Of a stretch of DNA of 63,716 nt, positions 22,201 to 31,196 are shown one piece after another. The position numbers and the translations under genes are program-made. Source of the stretch: Actinomycetota bacterium (GTDB lineage: Bacteria > Actinomycetota > Actinomycetes > Actinomycetales > Microbacteriaceae); contig JBEGUF010000035.1 of NCBI GenBank assembly GCA_041179025.1, forward strand, positions 1 through 63,716, written 5' to 3'. Numbering within the stretch: position 1 is the first letter of the stretch; the number at the start of each line of letters is the position of its first letter. The notes beneath the pieces were generated by a model. It did no database searches, was not told where the DNA came from, and saw only the letters and a program-made list of their open reading frames with translations.

Positions 22201-22662
22201 ATACATATAGGTCGTTGGATTTGTGGAGCTAACCAAACCCTGTTCTTTCTGCAATGTCACCAAAAGCACGCGGGGATTAATCTTGCAGGCGGTTGCAACG
22301 CTGGAGATGATTTGCGCCGCGGTTCTTGCTTTTGCGGCCGGAACTTCGGCGCAAATTGACAGTGAATAACTGTGCAAAGACGATCGAATCGCTACTGACC
22401 CAACCACATCTTCTTTGTACTCGGCAAGGCAAATCTGCCCGCGGTTATTGGTGCACACCGGGACTCTGGCCCTCAAGAATTTTTGAATTTCCCCAGCGTC
22501 CATAGTTCCCCAGTCGTTGAACACCGAGTCGGAAATGATTAGACCAGGATCAAAGGTTTTGGCATCTAGCGCTTGGCTCGGACTCTCGGTTGCAACAATT
22601 CCGGCCAGGCTCAAACTCAACGTTAGGAGCCCAACTAAAAACTTCCGGAATTTACCAAGCAT
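19207..22662 (-). CDS. Large secreted cell-surface protein with C-terminal LysM domain and internal repeats
   Basis: Signal peptide; N-domain FDPGLIISD...INPRVLLVTLQKEQGL...AMGYGCPD; C-terminal YVVVANDTLYKVA...LN...L..GQVLILP (LysM). Confidence 0.8.
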   Translation of the reverse strand: MLGKFRKFLVGLLTLSLSLAGIVATESPSQALDAKTFDPGLIISDSVFNDWGTMDAGEIQKFLRARVPVCTNNRGQICLAEYKEDVVGSVAIRSSLHSYSLSICAEVPAAKARTAAQIISSVATACKINPRVLLVTLQKEQGLVSSTNPTTYMYKAAMGYGCPDSAPQICGQDSNANSRLFWQLYRGAWQLKWYGDPRGSFTYLKPGNTISMGNHPNASCGRQSFKLKSQATAKLYYYTPYAPNKAALDNLWGEGNSCSAYGNRNFWRQFWTWFGSPVAGGYLLKSSTSETYLVNQSTSKRYLITSQAMISDFGPLGPLGTVSDAYMSSFTDGGELKNLVSDATGARYLITSGQKYRISTSTQAAALGLDWITAPVITDVQISNFGDLTFAKSATTDEVFLLQGTTRALISNAAQLKTLSAMGTTAVFQDDLLNRFTLTTPVTQMLQDSSGNRFDIVGGLKIPIGTPAAASALGHNWNSVTTIESTKLARIPTAVFMKSSGSSSTYLLSGSNKHLVGSSAMLTSMSKFGSTVTVTADYLSKFPTGNAMNSLLKSDTKTYYINGPHKFVVNSTQAAAMGLDITKAVLASQPQLATLPSPLLIKSSTSPTVYLVDDYLTKHPLAEADLPSYSGLGSTGVVPASYLASITTKTDPARMVNGTDGLAYFLLGSKKYRILNVATAKAISPSTFGSGADFSVLPTLTGTQLANYPLGNSTAFVTTHVRTTGVSYLIENGTRREILDSASLTALLATPPAISALSALHFKALPLGAPIIADNNVFKTTDANGYGLYISGVYYPMATELYNDIKSSTAWRFNKSSGTLTAAAIAKLTQGVKFSNFVTSASGGFLLTAQGKQPVTDVQNIATPVNLPNVVIDKIDTASNVVLTTPLVVKESLTATSSFLISGKKARPVFDAAETTKLLPLAASGVAQVWPKYLISQIAVGPKALAPASVVKVQESGNIYLIDGFARGLRISTTTAQAFTKAKLKLVTRADLSGYNTASTLDWQKVACGGSTYLIDQGVPLLLNSETSAQWPRSEVALDSKTCQKLRPTTTRVGVFVANGTAKYKVVAGKLRPIRTPAEYTAMLGNQTPAALVSAELIAALPKLNPTSYVVVANDTLYKVAVKFKTSRGVLRTLNKLSTDVLQRGQVLILP

Positions 22663-23129
22663 TACTGAATTGCAATCTTTCCATCAGGGAAAACGCCAGA
22701 AGATTTCTCCGAGACGTAGGACACGGTGAAGTTCAGATCTCCGCCTTTGAAAGCCGATAGCGGCACCGACATTGGGAAACACTGGGTGGAAGTTACGTTC
22801 GACTCGGCATTAACGGTTATCTCCTGCGAGACGGAGCCCTGTGAAACCACAAGAGTACAGCGGCCGTCTTCTTCCAGAATCCCGAGAACCTCAGCTATCA
22901 CGTCAACCGTGCCGTTGTCTTTGAACGCAGAGGCATCGAGGATGTTTATCTTCACAGCTTTGAGATTGGGGTCAACGGTAGGCGTTGGAGTAGGTGTGGA
23001 GGTAGGAGTTTCGGTTTGAGTTGGAGTTGGGCTAGCCGTCGGCTCAGTATTCGGATAGAAAATGCTGCATCCAGCCAAGGTAGCGGTCACTGCCAAGACA
23101 AGACCGGCAGTAATTATTTTGCGCTTCAC
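22662..23129 (-). CDS. Lipoprotein with Pro/Thr linker
   Basis: Lipobox LAGC, PTPTP linker, RBS GGAGG; coupled to the LysM gene. Confidence 0.75.
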   Translation of the reverse strand: MKRKIITAGLVLAVTATLAGCSIFYPNTEPTASPTPTQTETPTSTPTPTPTVDPNLKAVKINILDASAFKDNGTVDVIAEVLGILEEDGRCTLVVSQGSVSQEITVNAESNVTSTQCFPMSVPLSAFKGGDLNFTVSYVSEKSSGVFPDGKIAIQ

Positions 23130-23165
23130 GTGTGTCCTCCACTTCTTAGGACTACCACTTATAGC

Positions 23166-24341
23166 CTATTCCCGAACGCCCCAAACGGCGCCTATGACGC
23201 GCTTGCTAGCGCCTCCGTCTTCCAGACTGTTATAGGTTTCTTGCCAGTGTTTATAAGCACTTTGGTAACTTTTGGCAATTTCTGGGAGTTTCCCTAGAGT
23301 TTCCAAAACTCCGTTGGCGGAGGTCAAGATCGGACCCGGTGCCTGGTTCTCAAAATCGAAGTAGAACCCGCGCTCTGCTCTATACCGGTCCAAGTCTGGC
23401 GCTAGGAAAATGATTGGTTTTCCGGTTACCGAGAAATCGAACATCACCGAAGAGTAATCGGTGATTAGCACGTCGGCGGCGATGTAAAGCTCGGTGATGT
23501 CTGGATAGAGGGTAACGTCGATGGCGGCACCAGCAACCTTTGCCGATTTGGCTCGATTGGTGTTGGTGTGTCCGCGAAACATAACCTGCACGCCTTCTGG
23601 GAAGGTCATGTCGGGCTCTAGATAGCTCACGATTTCCCAGGTTCCGGTCACGCTTCTCTGGTAGTCGCGCCAGGTTGGAGCGTAGAGAGCCAGAATGGTT
23701 TTCGAATCAGTGACTCCAAGTTTTGCGCGAATAGCTTGGCGGTTGGCTGCGGTGTGGGTAGTTAGCCGATCGTTCCTCGGATAGCCTGTTTCCAGAACGA
23801 CGCCACTGTAGCCGAATGCCCGAGGAAGCACCTCACTACAAAACGGATTTGGGCTAATTAGGTAGTCCCAGGCGTTAGCCTCGCGGTCCATCAGATCGAG
23901 ATAGCTCTTGGTCAGTTCTCCCTCGGGGAGGTCTCGAACCAAACGCTTGAGCGGAGTTCCGTGCCAGGTTTGCAAGTAGGTCTGGCCTTCAACTTTCTTG
24001 AAATACCAGGGCAGCGCTGAGTTAGCTACTAGATACTCCGACGTGGCCAGCGCCTGAAACCACTGCTTCGACTCAAACCTAAGGCCGACGGCACCTTCCG
24101 GAGCTTTTGAGTCGCCAGCCACGGTCCACAAGAATTTGAGCTCAGGCCTTTGTTTTTTGAGTTCGAAATAAATATCGAGCGGGCTGTCGCCGATTACTTT
24201 TCCGTTGAAAGAATCGAACAGTACAGTGCCACTTTTAATTGGTAGCGCACCCGGGCGGTACTGCATCTTCTTTAGATACGCGAGGCCACGTCGTCTTAGC
24301 GCGCCAACGATTCTCGACGGGCTGTAGGCCTTCAGGTTCAC
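23166..24341 (-). CDS. CDP-glycerol glycerophosphotransferase (TagB/TagF family)
   Basis: QTWHGTPLK, GYPRND, YAPTWR, LITDYSSVMFD. Confidence 0.93.
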   Translation of the reverse strand: MNLKAYSPSRIVGALRRRGLAYLKKMQYRPGALPIKSGTVLFDSFNGKVIGDSPLDIYFELKKQRPELKFLWTVAGDSKAPEGAVGLRFESKQWFQALATSEYLVANSALPWYFKKVEGQTYLQTWHGTPLKRLVRDLPEGELTKSYLDLMDREANAWDYLISPNPFCSEVLPRAFGYSGVVLETGYPRNDRLTTHTAANRQAIRAKLGVTDSKTILALYAPTWRDYQRSVTGTWEIVSYLEPDMTFPEGVQVMFRGHTNTNRAKSAKVAGAAIDVTLYPDITELYIAADVLITDYSSVMFDFSVTGKPIIFLAPDLDRYRAERGFYFDFENQAPGPILTSANGVLETLGKLPEIAKSYQSAYKHWQETYNSLEDGGASKRVIGAVWGVRE

Positions 24342-25315
24342 TTGGTAACCCGGCTTCGGTCGATGGTGCCCGCGGCTCCCCTAAGGTAGCCAACGAGGAA
24401 GCCAACTCCCCAAGAAATGTGCATCGTAGCCAAGGTGAGCGGAACCGGAGCGAGCCTCGAATAGACACCAATTGCTAGAACGGCTGCAACGTAGGCGAGG
24501 AAGGGTAACCAGCCAATCGCGAAACCGAGCGAGGCCAGGAGATTTCCAGCCACGAGCGAAACCACCAAGGCTGGTGGAATGAAATAACGCATTGACGTTC
24601 GAGAGACATCACGTTTGGTGAGCTCACCTCTCCAAACACCGGTTGAATAAAACTGTTTCACAAGCCCGGACCAGTTAGAACGCGGCCAGTAGGTAACGTT
24701 GAGTTCTGGGCTGAACCAAACCAGCGAGCCACTGGCTTTGATGCGTTGAGCCAAATCCCAGTCCTCTCCGCGAATAATGCTCTCGTCGTAGCCACCTACG
24801 CGTTCCAGAGCGCTTTTCCTGAAAATGCCCAGATACGCGCTTTCTGCCTCGCCGGCTTTTCCGCCAACGTGATACGTGGCTCCGCCCAATCCAAATCGGC
24901 TCGTGTAGGCCCAGGCCACCGAGCGTTGAAACAAGGTTTTGCCCTTGGCTGCCATAACTCCCCCGAGTAGATCGGCGCCAGTCTCGTTGAGAATTTCAAT
25001 TCCTCTAGAGATGTAGTTCGGAGCTGGTTCACTGTGGGCATCGATTCGCACGATGTACTCAAAGAGCGCCTGCTTGATGCACAGGTTCATGCCAACCGTG
25101 GTGAGCCCGCGAGGATTTGGAACCAAACGAATTCGAGCATCCGCTTTGGCCAGTTTTGCAGCAACCTTGTCGGTGCCATCCGTTGATGGGCCGAGCGCGA
25201 TGAGCAATTCGCCGTCGAAGTTTTGGGCCAGGACCGAAGCAACGGCGTCGGCTAGGTGATGCTCTTCATTGAGTACCGGCATGATGACCGAAACTTTAGG
25301 CGTCTTGGTGGCCAT
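24338..25315 (-). CDS. Glycosyltransferase family 2
   Basis: VSVIMPVLNEE, STDGT, RIDAH, GEDWD. Confidence 0.9.
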   Translation of the reverse strand: MATKTPKVSVIMPVLNEEHHLADAVASVLAQNFDGELLIALGPSTDGTDKVAAKLAKADARIRLVPNPRGLTTVGMNLCIKQALFEYIVRIDAHSEPAPNYISRGIEILNETGADLLGGVMAAKGKTLFQRSVAWAYTSRFGLGGATYHVGGKAGEAESAYLGIFRKSALERVGGYDESIIRGEDWDLAQRIKASGSLVWFSPELNVTYWPRSNWSGLVKQFYSTGVWRGELTKRDVSRTSMRYFIPPALVVSLVAGNLLASLGFAIGWLPFLAYVAAVLAIGVYSRLAPVPLTLATMHISWGVGFLVGYLRGAAGTIDRSRVTK

Positions 25316-25317
25316 GG

Positions 25318-26097
25318 TTAGTCGATGGTGGTTGAGCCCACGAATTTGTTATAGGCATTGATAACCTTTTTCGGCTCGCCGTCCATTCGGAGTTCACCTT
25401 TCTCAATCCAAATTACGCGCGTGCAGGTGTCGAGAATCGATTTCATGCTGTGGCTCACAAGGAAAACTGTTCCAGCGTTTTCGTGCAGTTCTCGCATACG
25501 GGCCTCGGCGCGATTTCTGAATTCTTGGTCACCCACAGCCAGCGCTTCGTCGATGATGAGGATGTCGTGATCTTTAGCCGCAGCGATGGCAAAACGCAGA
25601 CGAGCGGACATTCCAGACGAGTAAGTGCGCATTGGATAGCTGACGAATTCTTCAAGGCCGGCAAACGAAGCGATTGAATCCACGCGGGAATTGATTTCCT
25701 GCTTTTCGAAACCCATGGCGAGACCACCGAGGAGGATGTTCTTCTCACCCGAAAGATCTGGCAGAAGCACCGCTCCAACTCCCAACAGGGTTGGTCTGGC
25801 GAAGGCGTAGATTGCGCCACTGCTGAGCGGGGTGAGCCCAGCCAGAGCGCGCATTAGAGAAGATTTACCGGAACCGTTGCTGCCGATGATTCCAACCGAT
25901 TCGCCCTCGTAAATTGTGAAGGTTACGCCCTTGATTGCGTGAACTTCACGCACTTCCATCTTCTTCGACAGCAATCCGCCACCGCGCAATCCGCGGGTAG
26001 CCCGGCGCCCCGAAGCCAAAACCTTGTAGATGATGTGAGCGTCGTCGACGACAACTACCGGTTTACGCTCGGGAGCTGATTTAGTCTTCGCGGCCAT
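25318..26097 (-). CDS. Teichoic acid/polysaccharide ABC exporter ATPase (TagH/Wzt-like)
   Basis: GSNGSGKS, YSSGM, IIDEALAVGD; ATG 26097 chosen as start. Confidence 0.9.
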   Translation of the reverse strand: MAAKTKSAPERKPVVVVDDAHIIYKVLASGRRATRGLRGGGLLSKKMEVREVHAIKGVTFTIYEGESVGIIGSNGSGKSSLMRALAGLTPLSSGAIYAFARPTLLGVGAVLLPDLSGEKNILLGGLAMGFEKQEINSRVDSIASFAGLEEFVSYPMRTYSSGMSARLRFAIAAAKDHDILIIDEALAVGDQEFRNRAEARMRELHENAGTVFLVSHSMKSILDTCTRVIWIEKGELRMDGEPKKVINAYNKFVGSTTID

Positions 26098-26938
26098 AGC
26101 GCTCCTCCGCACTCCAGAAGAACATCAAACCAAGCACGGCCAAACTAAACGACCAGATCAGAACCGAGATCCACTCTTCAGGCCTAACCGAATATCCGGT
26201 TACCAGGTAACCGCGTGCCAGGTTCAGGAATTCGTAAATCGGGTTGAATTGAATCAGCTTGGCCCAGATGCTATCTGGCTCCGAGAAAATTTTCTCAACC
26301 GAAAAGAACACGCCACTCACGTAGAACATAACTCGGGTGATGAACGGCACCAGTTTGTTTAGATCCTGCACGTGAACTGTGATGCGTGCCATCACCATGG
26401 CTAAACCAAAGTTGAACACAAACATGAGGGCGAGCAGCGGAATCATCATCAACCAACCAACGGTGATGCTGCCGAAGCCTTGAACCACAACCAGAATCAC
26501 AGCCAAAACCAAAAGCTGCGGCAGTAAGGCAATCGTCTGTGACATCACCACCGAAAGCGGCAGTAGCACTCGCGGGAAACTGAGGCTTCGAACCAAACCT
26601 GAGCGGTTCACAATCGAGCCGGCGCCGTGCGTGAAGCTGCCCTGAACGTAGCTAAAAAGGAAGACCCCGGTGAACAGGAACGGCAGGAAATTATCCGGTT
26701 TGCTCGCACCCAAAATTAGGCCGAAAATTAGGCCGTAGGTGGCCGCTTGAATCGTTGGAAGCAGAATGTTCCACCAGCTGCCGAGGCGGCTTTTGGCGTT
26801 GGTGGCCTCGTTACCGTAGCTGGCTAATGTGTATGCGAAATCAAGTCGGGTAATGGCTTCACGAATGTATTTGAACAAACCCGGACGCGCACCGACTTTT
26901 TTCAAGCCGTTGGAAAGTGCGTACTCTTCAGTACTCAT
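26081..26938 (-). CDS. Polysaccharide ABC exporter permease (TagG/Wzm-like)
   Basis: LGSWWNILLP, FPR..LP, NPIY; paired with the ATPase. Confidence 0.88.
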   Translation of the reverse strand: MSTEEYALSNGLKKVGARPGLFKYIREAITRLDFAYTLASYGNEATNAKSRLGSWWNILLPTIQAATYGLIFGLILGASKPDNFLPFLFTGVFLFSYVQGSFTHGAGSIVNRSGLVRSLSFPRVLLPLSVVMSQTIALLPQLLVLAVILVVVQGFGSITVGWLMMIPLLALMFVFNFGLAMVMARITVHVQDLNKLVPFITRVMFYVSGVFFSVEKIFSEPDSIWAKLIQFNPIYEFLNLARGYLVTGYSVRPEEWISVLIWSFSLAVLGLMFFWSAEERYGRED

Positions 26939-26985
26939 TTTCAGCGCTCCGCTCGTTCGATGATGTTCTTCAAGAAGTTTAGTTG

Positions 26986-28269
26986 CTACTTATTTTGGGC
27001 AACGATTTTGGCAACCGCGGTTCGGATAGCCGGATAGTCGGGGTTGCCAGGGTGGTAACCCTTTTCCGGAACTAGGTCCAACACCTTGAGGCCGCGCTTT
27101 TGAGCCTTAGTCGCAAGTTCCAGATATTTAGGAAGCATGTCCTTCGGGATGTCGGTGGTTACTAGCGTCTTTCCAGCCGCTGCCACCTCCTGGAACCGCG
27201 TGAAAATCACCGCTGGGCTTACCTGCTTCAAAATCGCCGCCTGCACTTCTTTCTGCCTGCGCATGCGATCGAAGTCGGAGGTGGTGTGGCGCGAACGGGC
27301 ATACCAGAGGGCCGTGTAGCCGTCCATGAGCTGATTGTCGCCGGCTTCAATCCAACCCTTAGCATCCGCTGCGTCGTCGCGCTGCCCGCCGATTGGAAGC
27401 CTTTGCTTCACATCGATGGTCACACCACCGAGGGCGTCTACGAGTTTCGTAACGGCCTTCATCTCAACCATTACGTAGCTGGTGATCTTGAGTCCGGTAA
27501 CTCCCTCAACCGCATCCTTGGTTGCTTCGACTCCGGCCGTGGAACCCTGCTTCTCGGCATTTGGGTAAAGCTCCGGGTGATTGTCGGTGACATTTTTGTA
27601 GAGGGCGTTAATCAAACATTCGTTGAGGCAGTTCCAGCCGTTTGGATACACCGACCAAAGCGGCGAGCCATCTCGGAACGGAACTTTTTCCAGACCGCGA
27701 GGAATACCAATCACGGCAACTCGACCGGTCTCAGCGCTCACACTGAAAACCGAGATGCTGTCTGGGCGAATTCCAAAACGGTCGTTGCCGGCATCCGAAC
27801 CCAGCACCAAAATGTTGTAGCGCCCATTCACGGGCTGGGTGCTTCCACCCTGGTTGAAAATCGAGCCAATTGCCGACGCACTGGAAACCGAGACGTTTCC
27901 CGCGTAAACGATTGAGCTGGTGCCAAGCGTTCCAACGGTCAAGAATGCGCCGAGCAGGTACCAGCGCGCACGGCCCTCTACTCGCCCCAGCTGTGAGAGG
28001 CGAAGTGCATCGAGCATGAGAAGTGCGAAGAGAGCGGCAAAGAACCAGAGGTACCAACCGAGCACGGTGGTGATAAAAGGCACGGTTACGATGCCAACCA
28101 GCCAGCTCTTGTTGATGAAGAAGATCACTGCGGCGATAAGCACTAGTCCCAAATTGACCAGCGAAAAACGCAGTGCAAAACTACCCAGACGGCGATTGCC
28201 GCCCAAAAGCTGAGCGGTTCCCGGGAAGATAACGGCAAGCGCCAAAAGCCACCAGGCGCGCTTGCGCAT
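26986..28269 (-). CDS. LytR-CpsA-Psr (LCP) glycopolymer transferase
   Basis: NILVLGSD, RPDSI, IGIPR, INALY, ALWYARSR, SDFDRMRRQ. Confidence 0.92.
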   Translation of the reverse strand: MRKRAWWLLALAVIFPGTAQLLGGNRRLGSFALRFSLVNLGLVLIAAVIFFINKSWLVGIVTVPFITTVLGWYLWFFAALFALLMLDALRLSQLGRVEGRARWYLLGAFLTVGTLGTSSIVYAGNVSVSSASAIGSIFNQGGSTQPVNGRYNILVLGSDAGNDRFGIRPDSISVFSVSAETGRVAVIGIPRGLEKVPFRDGSPLWSVYPNGWNCLNECLINALYKNVTDNHPELYPNAEKQGSTAGVEATKDAVEGVTGLKITSYVMVEMKAVTKLVDALGGVTIDVKQRLPIGGQRDDAADAKGWIEAGDNQLMDGYTALWYARSRHTTSDFDRMRRQKEVQAAILKQVSPAVIFTRFQEVAAAGKTLVTTDIPKDMLPKYLELATKAQKRGLKVLDLVPEKGYHPGNPDYPAIRTAVAKIVAQNK

Positions 28270-28319
28270 CTGGATTCCATCGGCTCGCCCAATATCGCGA
28301 AACGGGCTTCTGCTCTGAC

Positions 28320-28814
28320 CTAAATTTGAGATTTTAGTTTCTCGTTCTTCTCAGCAACTGAAATTTTGAGAGCGTCTGTGAACGCCTGAAGCTTTACGGA
28401 AAGTTCGGCATCGAAACTTCCCAAGATTCGCGCGGCGAGGATGCCGGCATTTCTAGCACCGCCGATGGAAACCGTGGCAACCGGAACCCCGGCCGGCATT
28501 TGAACAATCGACAACAGAGAATCTAGGCCGTCTAGTTTTGACAGTGAAACCGGCACACCGATCACTGGAAGCGTGGACACCGAAGCTAGCATTCCTGGAA
28601 GGTGAGCAGCTCCACCGGCTCCTGCGATGATTACCTTGATTCCGCGTCCGGCAGCCGCCTTTCCCCACTCAATCATCAACTCTGGAGTGCGGTGAGCCGA
28701 AAGCACTTCAACCTCGTAGCTGATGCCGAATTCCTTCAAGGCTTCAACGGCGTCCGACATCACATTCCAGTCGGAATCTGATCCCATAACTACGCCAACA
28801 ACAGGTGTGCTCAT
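28320..28814 (-). CDS. purE: N5-CAIR mutase
   Basis: [34 protein letters not shown]. Confidence 0.98.
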   Translation of the reverse strand: MSTPVVGVVMGSDSDWNVMSDAVEALKEFGISYEVEVLSAHRTPELMIEWGKAAAGRGIKVIIAGAGGAAHLPGMLASVSTLPVIGVPVSLSKLDGLDSLLSIVQMPAGVPVATVSIGGARNAGILAARILGSFDAELSVKLQAFTDALKISVAEKNEKLKSQI

Positions 28815-28842
28815 AGGCACAATTTTAGGCGCTGGGTGGCTT

Positions 28843-29976
28843 CTAGCCCCTTAGGCACGAGTTAGCCGCAGCACGGGCTTCACTCAGTACGTCGTCGAAG
28901 TTGGCTCCGATCACCGTTACGTGGCCCATTTTTCTTCCCTTACGAGCGGCTTTGCCGTAGGTGTGAAACTTCGCCGAAGGATGACTTTTGAAAGCGGTTG
29001 GGTAGGCCTTCACAAAATCGTTCTGATCGTCAATCCCGAGCAGGTTTACCATCACGCTGTGCGCCGCCACTGACTCGGTTGACCCCAGAGGCAGGTCGAG
29101 GACCGCGCGAAGATGCTGCTCGAACTGGCTCGTGGTGGAGCCCTCAATACTGAAGTGACCCGAATTGTGCGGTCTCATTGCCAACTCGTTGATTAGTAAC
29201 TCTCCGCTCGAGGTCTCGAAAAGTTCCACCGCCAAAACACCGGTTACTCCGAGCCCTTCGGCCACGGTTTCAGCAATGCGTGCGGCAGCCTCTAATGTGG
29301 AGGTGCCGGCTCCCGGGGCAGGCGCCAAAACTTCCGAGCAGACGCCGTCTTTCTGCACAGTCTGAGCCAGCGGCCACGCTTTTAGCTCTCCGCTCGGGCG
29401 CCTCGCCGTCAGTTGGGCCAGCTCTCGAACGAAATCAACTTTTTCCTCGGCGAGAAGACTTCCGCCAAAATCGCTCAGGTTCTCAAGCCAGTTTTTGGCA
29501 TCCGCTGACGAGCGAACCACGGCTACGCCTTTACCGTCGTAACCGCCGATGGGGGTTTTCAAAATTGCCACACCACCGTGCACGGCGATGAAGTCGTCGA
29601 GCTCTTGGGCACTTCGGATTTCGGCCCAGTCGGGCATCGGCAGACCGAGTTCGGTCAAGCGTTTGCGCATGTGCAATTTGTTCTGCGCAAAACCAAGTGC
29701 TTTCGGTGAAGGCTGAATCGAGAATCCTTCTGCTTCCAGCGTTTCGAGGATGACCAGGGGAACATGTTCGTGATCAAAGGTGATTACATCAACGGTGTTT
29801 GCGAATTCACGAACTTGATCGAGTTGCGTGTAATCGCCAACGTGCGTTGCAGCCTGCGCGGCCGACGAGCCATGGCTTTCGGCAAACACTTTGATTTCAA
29901 GACCAAGCGCCAGAGCGGGTTCAATCATCATGCGAGCCAACTGCCCGCCACCGATTACTCCAACCCGAAATGCCAT
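28843..29976 (-). CDS. purK: N5-CAIR synthase
   Basis: [37 protein letters not shown]. Confidence 0.97.
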   Translation of the reverse strand: MAFRVGVIGGGQLARMMIEPALALGLEIKVFAESHGSSAAQAATHVGDYTQLDQVREFANTVDVITFDHEHVPLVILETLEAEGFSIQPSPKALGFAQNKLHMRKRLTELGLPMPDWAEIRSAQELDDFIAVHGGVAILKTPIGGYDGKGVAVVRSSADAKNWLENLSDFGGSLLAEEKVDFVRELAQLTARRPSGELKAWPLAQTVQKDGVCSEVLAPAPGAGTSTLEAAARIAETVAEGLGVTGVLAVELFETSSGELLINELAMRPHNSGHFSIEGSTTSQFEQHLRAVLDLPLGSTESVAAHSVMVNLLGIDDQNDFVKAYPTAFKSHPSAKFHTYGKAARKGRKMGHVTVIGANFDDVLSEARAAANSCLRG

Positions 29977-29980
29977 AAGA

Positions 29981-30394
29981 CTATTTTCTCCTAAGCAGAG
30001 CCTGGAGTTCGGCCGCTGTGGCTTTCTGTGCCGGCAGCCCTCGAACGTAGTGTTCGCTGTCGTCTCTGCCGGTAATCAGAATGCCGCGAACCGGCGAGTA
30101 GCTAATCGAAGCAATTTCGTCCCAGCTAAGGTCTCTGCGATTTTTCGAACCAAGTCCGCGCGAAATAAAAATTCCTTTCGAGGTCACGTCGACGAACCTC
30201 GCTGCAAAAGCCAGTGACGGTAGGAGCCATGAGAAGAAGGCTGCTACTCCCGCCGTGATCCATAGCGTGTAAAACTGCCAATCCGACAATTCATATACCG
30301 AGAAGAAACTAACCGCAGCGCAGATAAACCCCAGGCAAATAAACGAGACGCTTAGGCGCGTCAGGCGCGGACGTAATCTGGCGAAATGGGTCAT
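29981..30394 (-). CDS. Small membrane protein with bacterial PH-like domain
   Basis: 2 TM helices plus a short soluble domain; birA-PH-purK synteny. Confidence 0.6.
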   Translation of the reverse strand: MTHFARLRPRLTRLSVSFICLGFICAAVSFFSVYELSDWQFYTLWITAGVAAFFSWLLPSLAFAARFVDVTSKGIFISRGLGSKNRRDLSWDEIASISYSPVRGILITGRDDSEHYVRGLPAQKATAAELQALLRRK

Positions 30395-30397
30395 CGT

Positions 30398-31153
30398 TTA
30401 ATTGTGTCTCAGGTGTTGAATGTCGGCTGCCGAAACCGCTAAAAGTTGTTCGGTTCCCGAAACCTGAATTAGTAGGCGCCCGGACTCGTCGATGCCTATA
30501 GCCAGACCCGTGACTTCACTTCCATCTGGAAAAATTGCTCGCACCGACCGAGTGATTGTTGAACACTCCGCACGAACCTGCGCAGGTACCCCACCGAAAT
30601 CCTTCATCAACTCAGAAAGGCTCTGAAGGTAGCTACTTAGGAATTCGTCCGGGGAAATTTCCGATCCTTCGAGTAGTAACGAGGTTGACTCGGCTATCGG
30701 AAGTTCGTCTTTATTGAGGGTGAGATTTACTCCCGCCCCGATCACCACGCCGGTACCGCCTGGCAGAAGCTCACTTAAGATTCCCGAAATTTTCTTGTCA
30801 TTCACCTGGACATCGTTGGGCCACTTTAGGCCGACTGGCAGAGTTGGCAGAGCCTGTTGAACGGCTCGGCGCATGGCAACTCCCGCCACTAGTGGAAGCC
30901 AACCGAAGTCTCCTACGCTCCAACCGGCTGGTCTTACGAGCACAGAGATAGAGAGCGATTTACCTGCGGGAGAAACCCACTCTCGCCCAGTTCGGCCGCG
31001 ACCAGCGGTTTGCGAACCGGCAACCAAAACGCTCAGGTGAGGAAAGCCCTCCGTATTTGCGCTTGCAGAGTTCACCAAATCGGTGTTCGTGGAACCGGTC
31101 TGGGTCACGAATTCGAATCGGGAGGCTAGTTTGCTGCTGTTCAAAAAGTCCAT
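30398..31153 (-). CDS. birA: Biotin-protein ligase (no HTH)
   Basis: GSTN, QTAGRGR, KWPND, KISGIL; ATG 31153 chosen as start. Confidence 0.95.
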   Translation of the reverse strand: MDFLNSSKLASRFEFVTQTGSTNTDLVNSASANTEGFPHLSVLVAGSQTAGRGRTGREWVSPAGKSLSISVLVRPAGWSVGDFGWLPLVAGVAMRRAVQQALPTLPVGLKWPNDVQVNDKKISGILSELLPGGTGVVIGAGVNLTLNKDELPIAESTSLLLEGSEISPDEFLSSYLQSLSELMKDFGGVPAQVRAECSTITRSVRAIFPDGSEVTGLAIGIDESGRLLIQVSGTEQLLAVSAADIQHLRHN

Positions 31154-31196
31154 TGCCACAATCGTAATCAGCCCGGCAGGTTGTATCGTTACTTTC

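Noticed and set aside
22975-23045. Repetitive GGAGT/GGTT-like tract
   Set aside because: Codes for the Pro/Thr linker of the lipoprotein; not a CRISPR array or VNTR
27286-27915. 209-aa ORF antisense to the LCP gene
   Set aside because: Shadow ORF of a well-supported gene, no motifs
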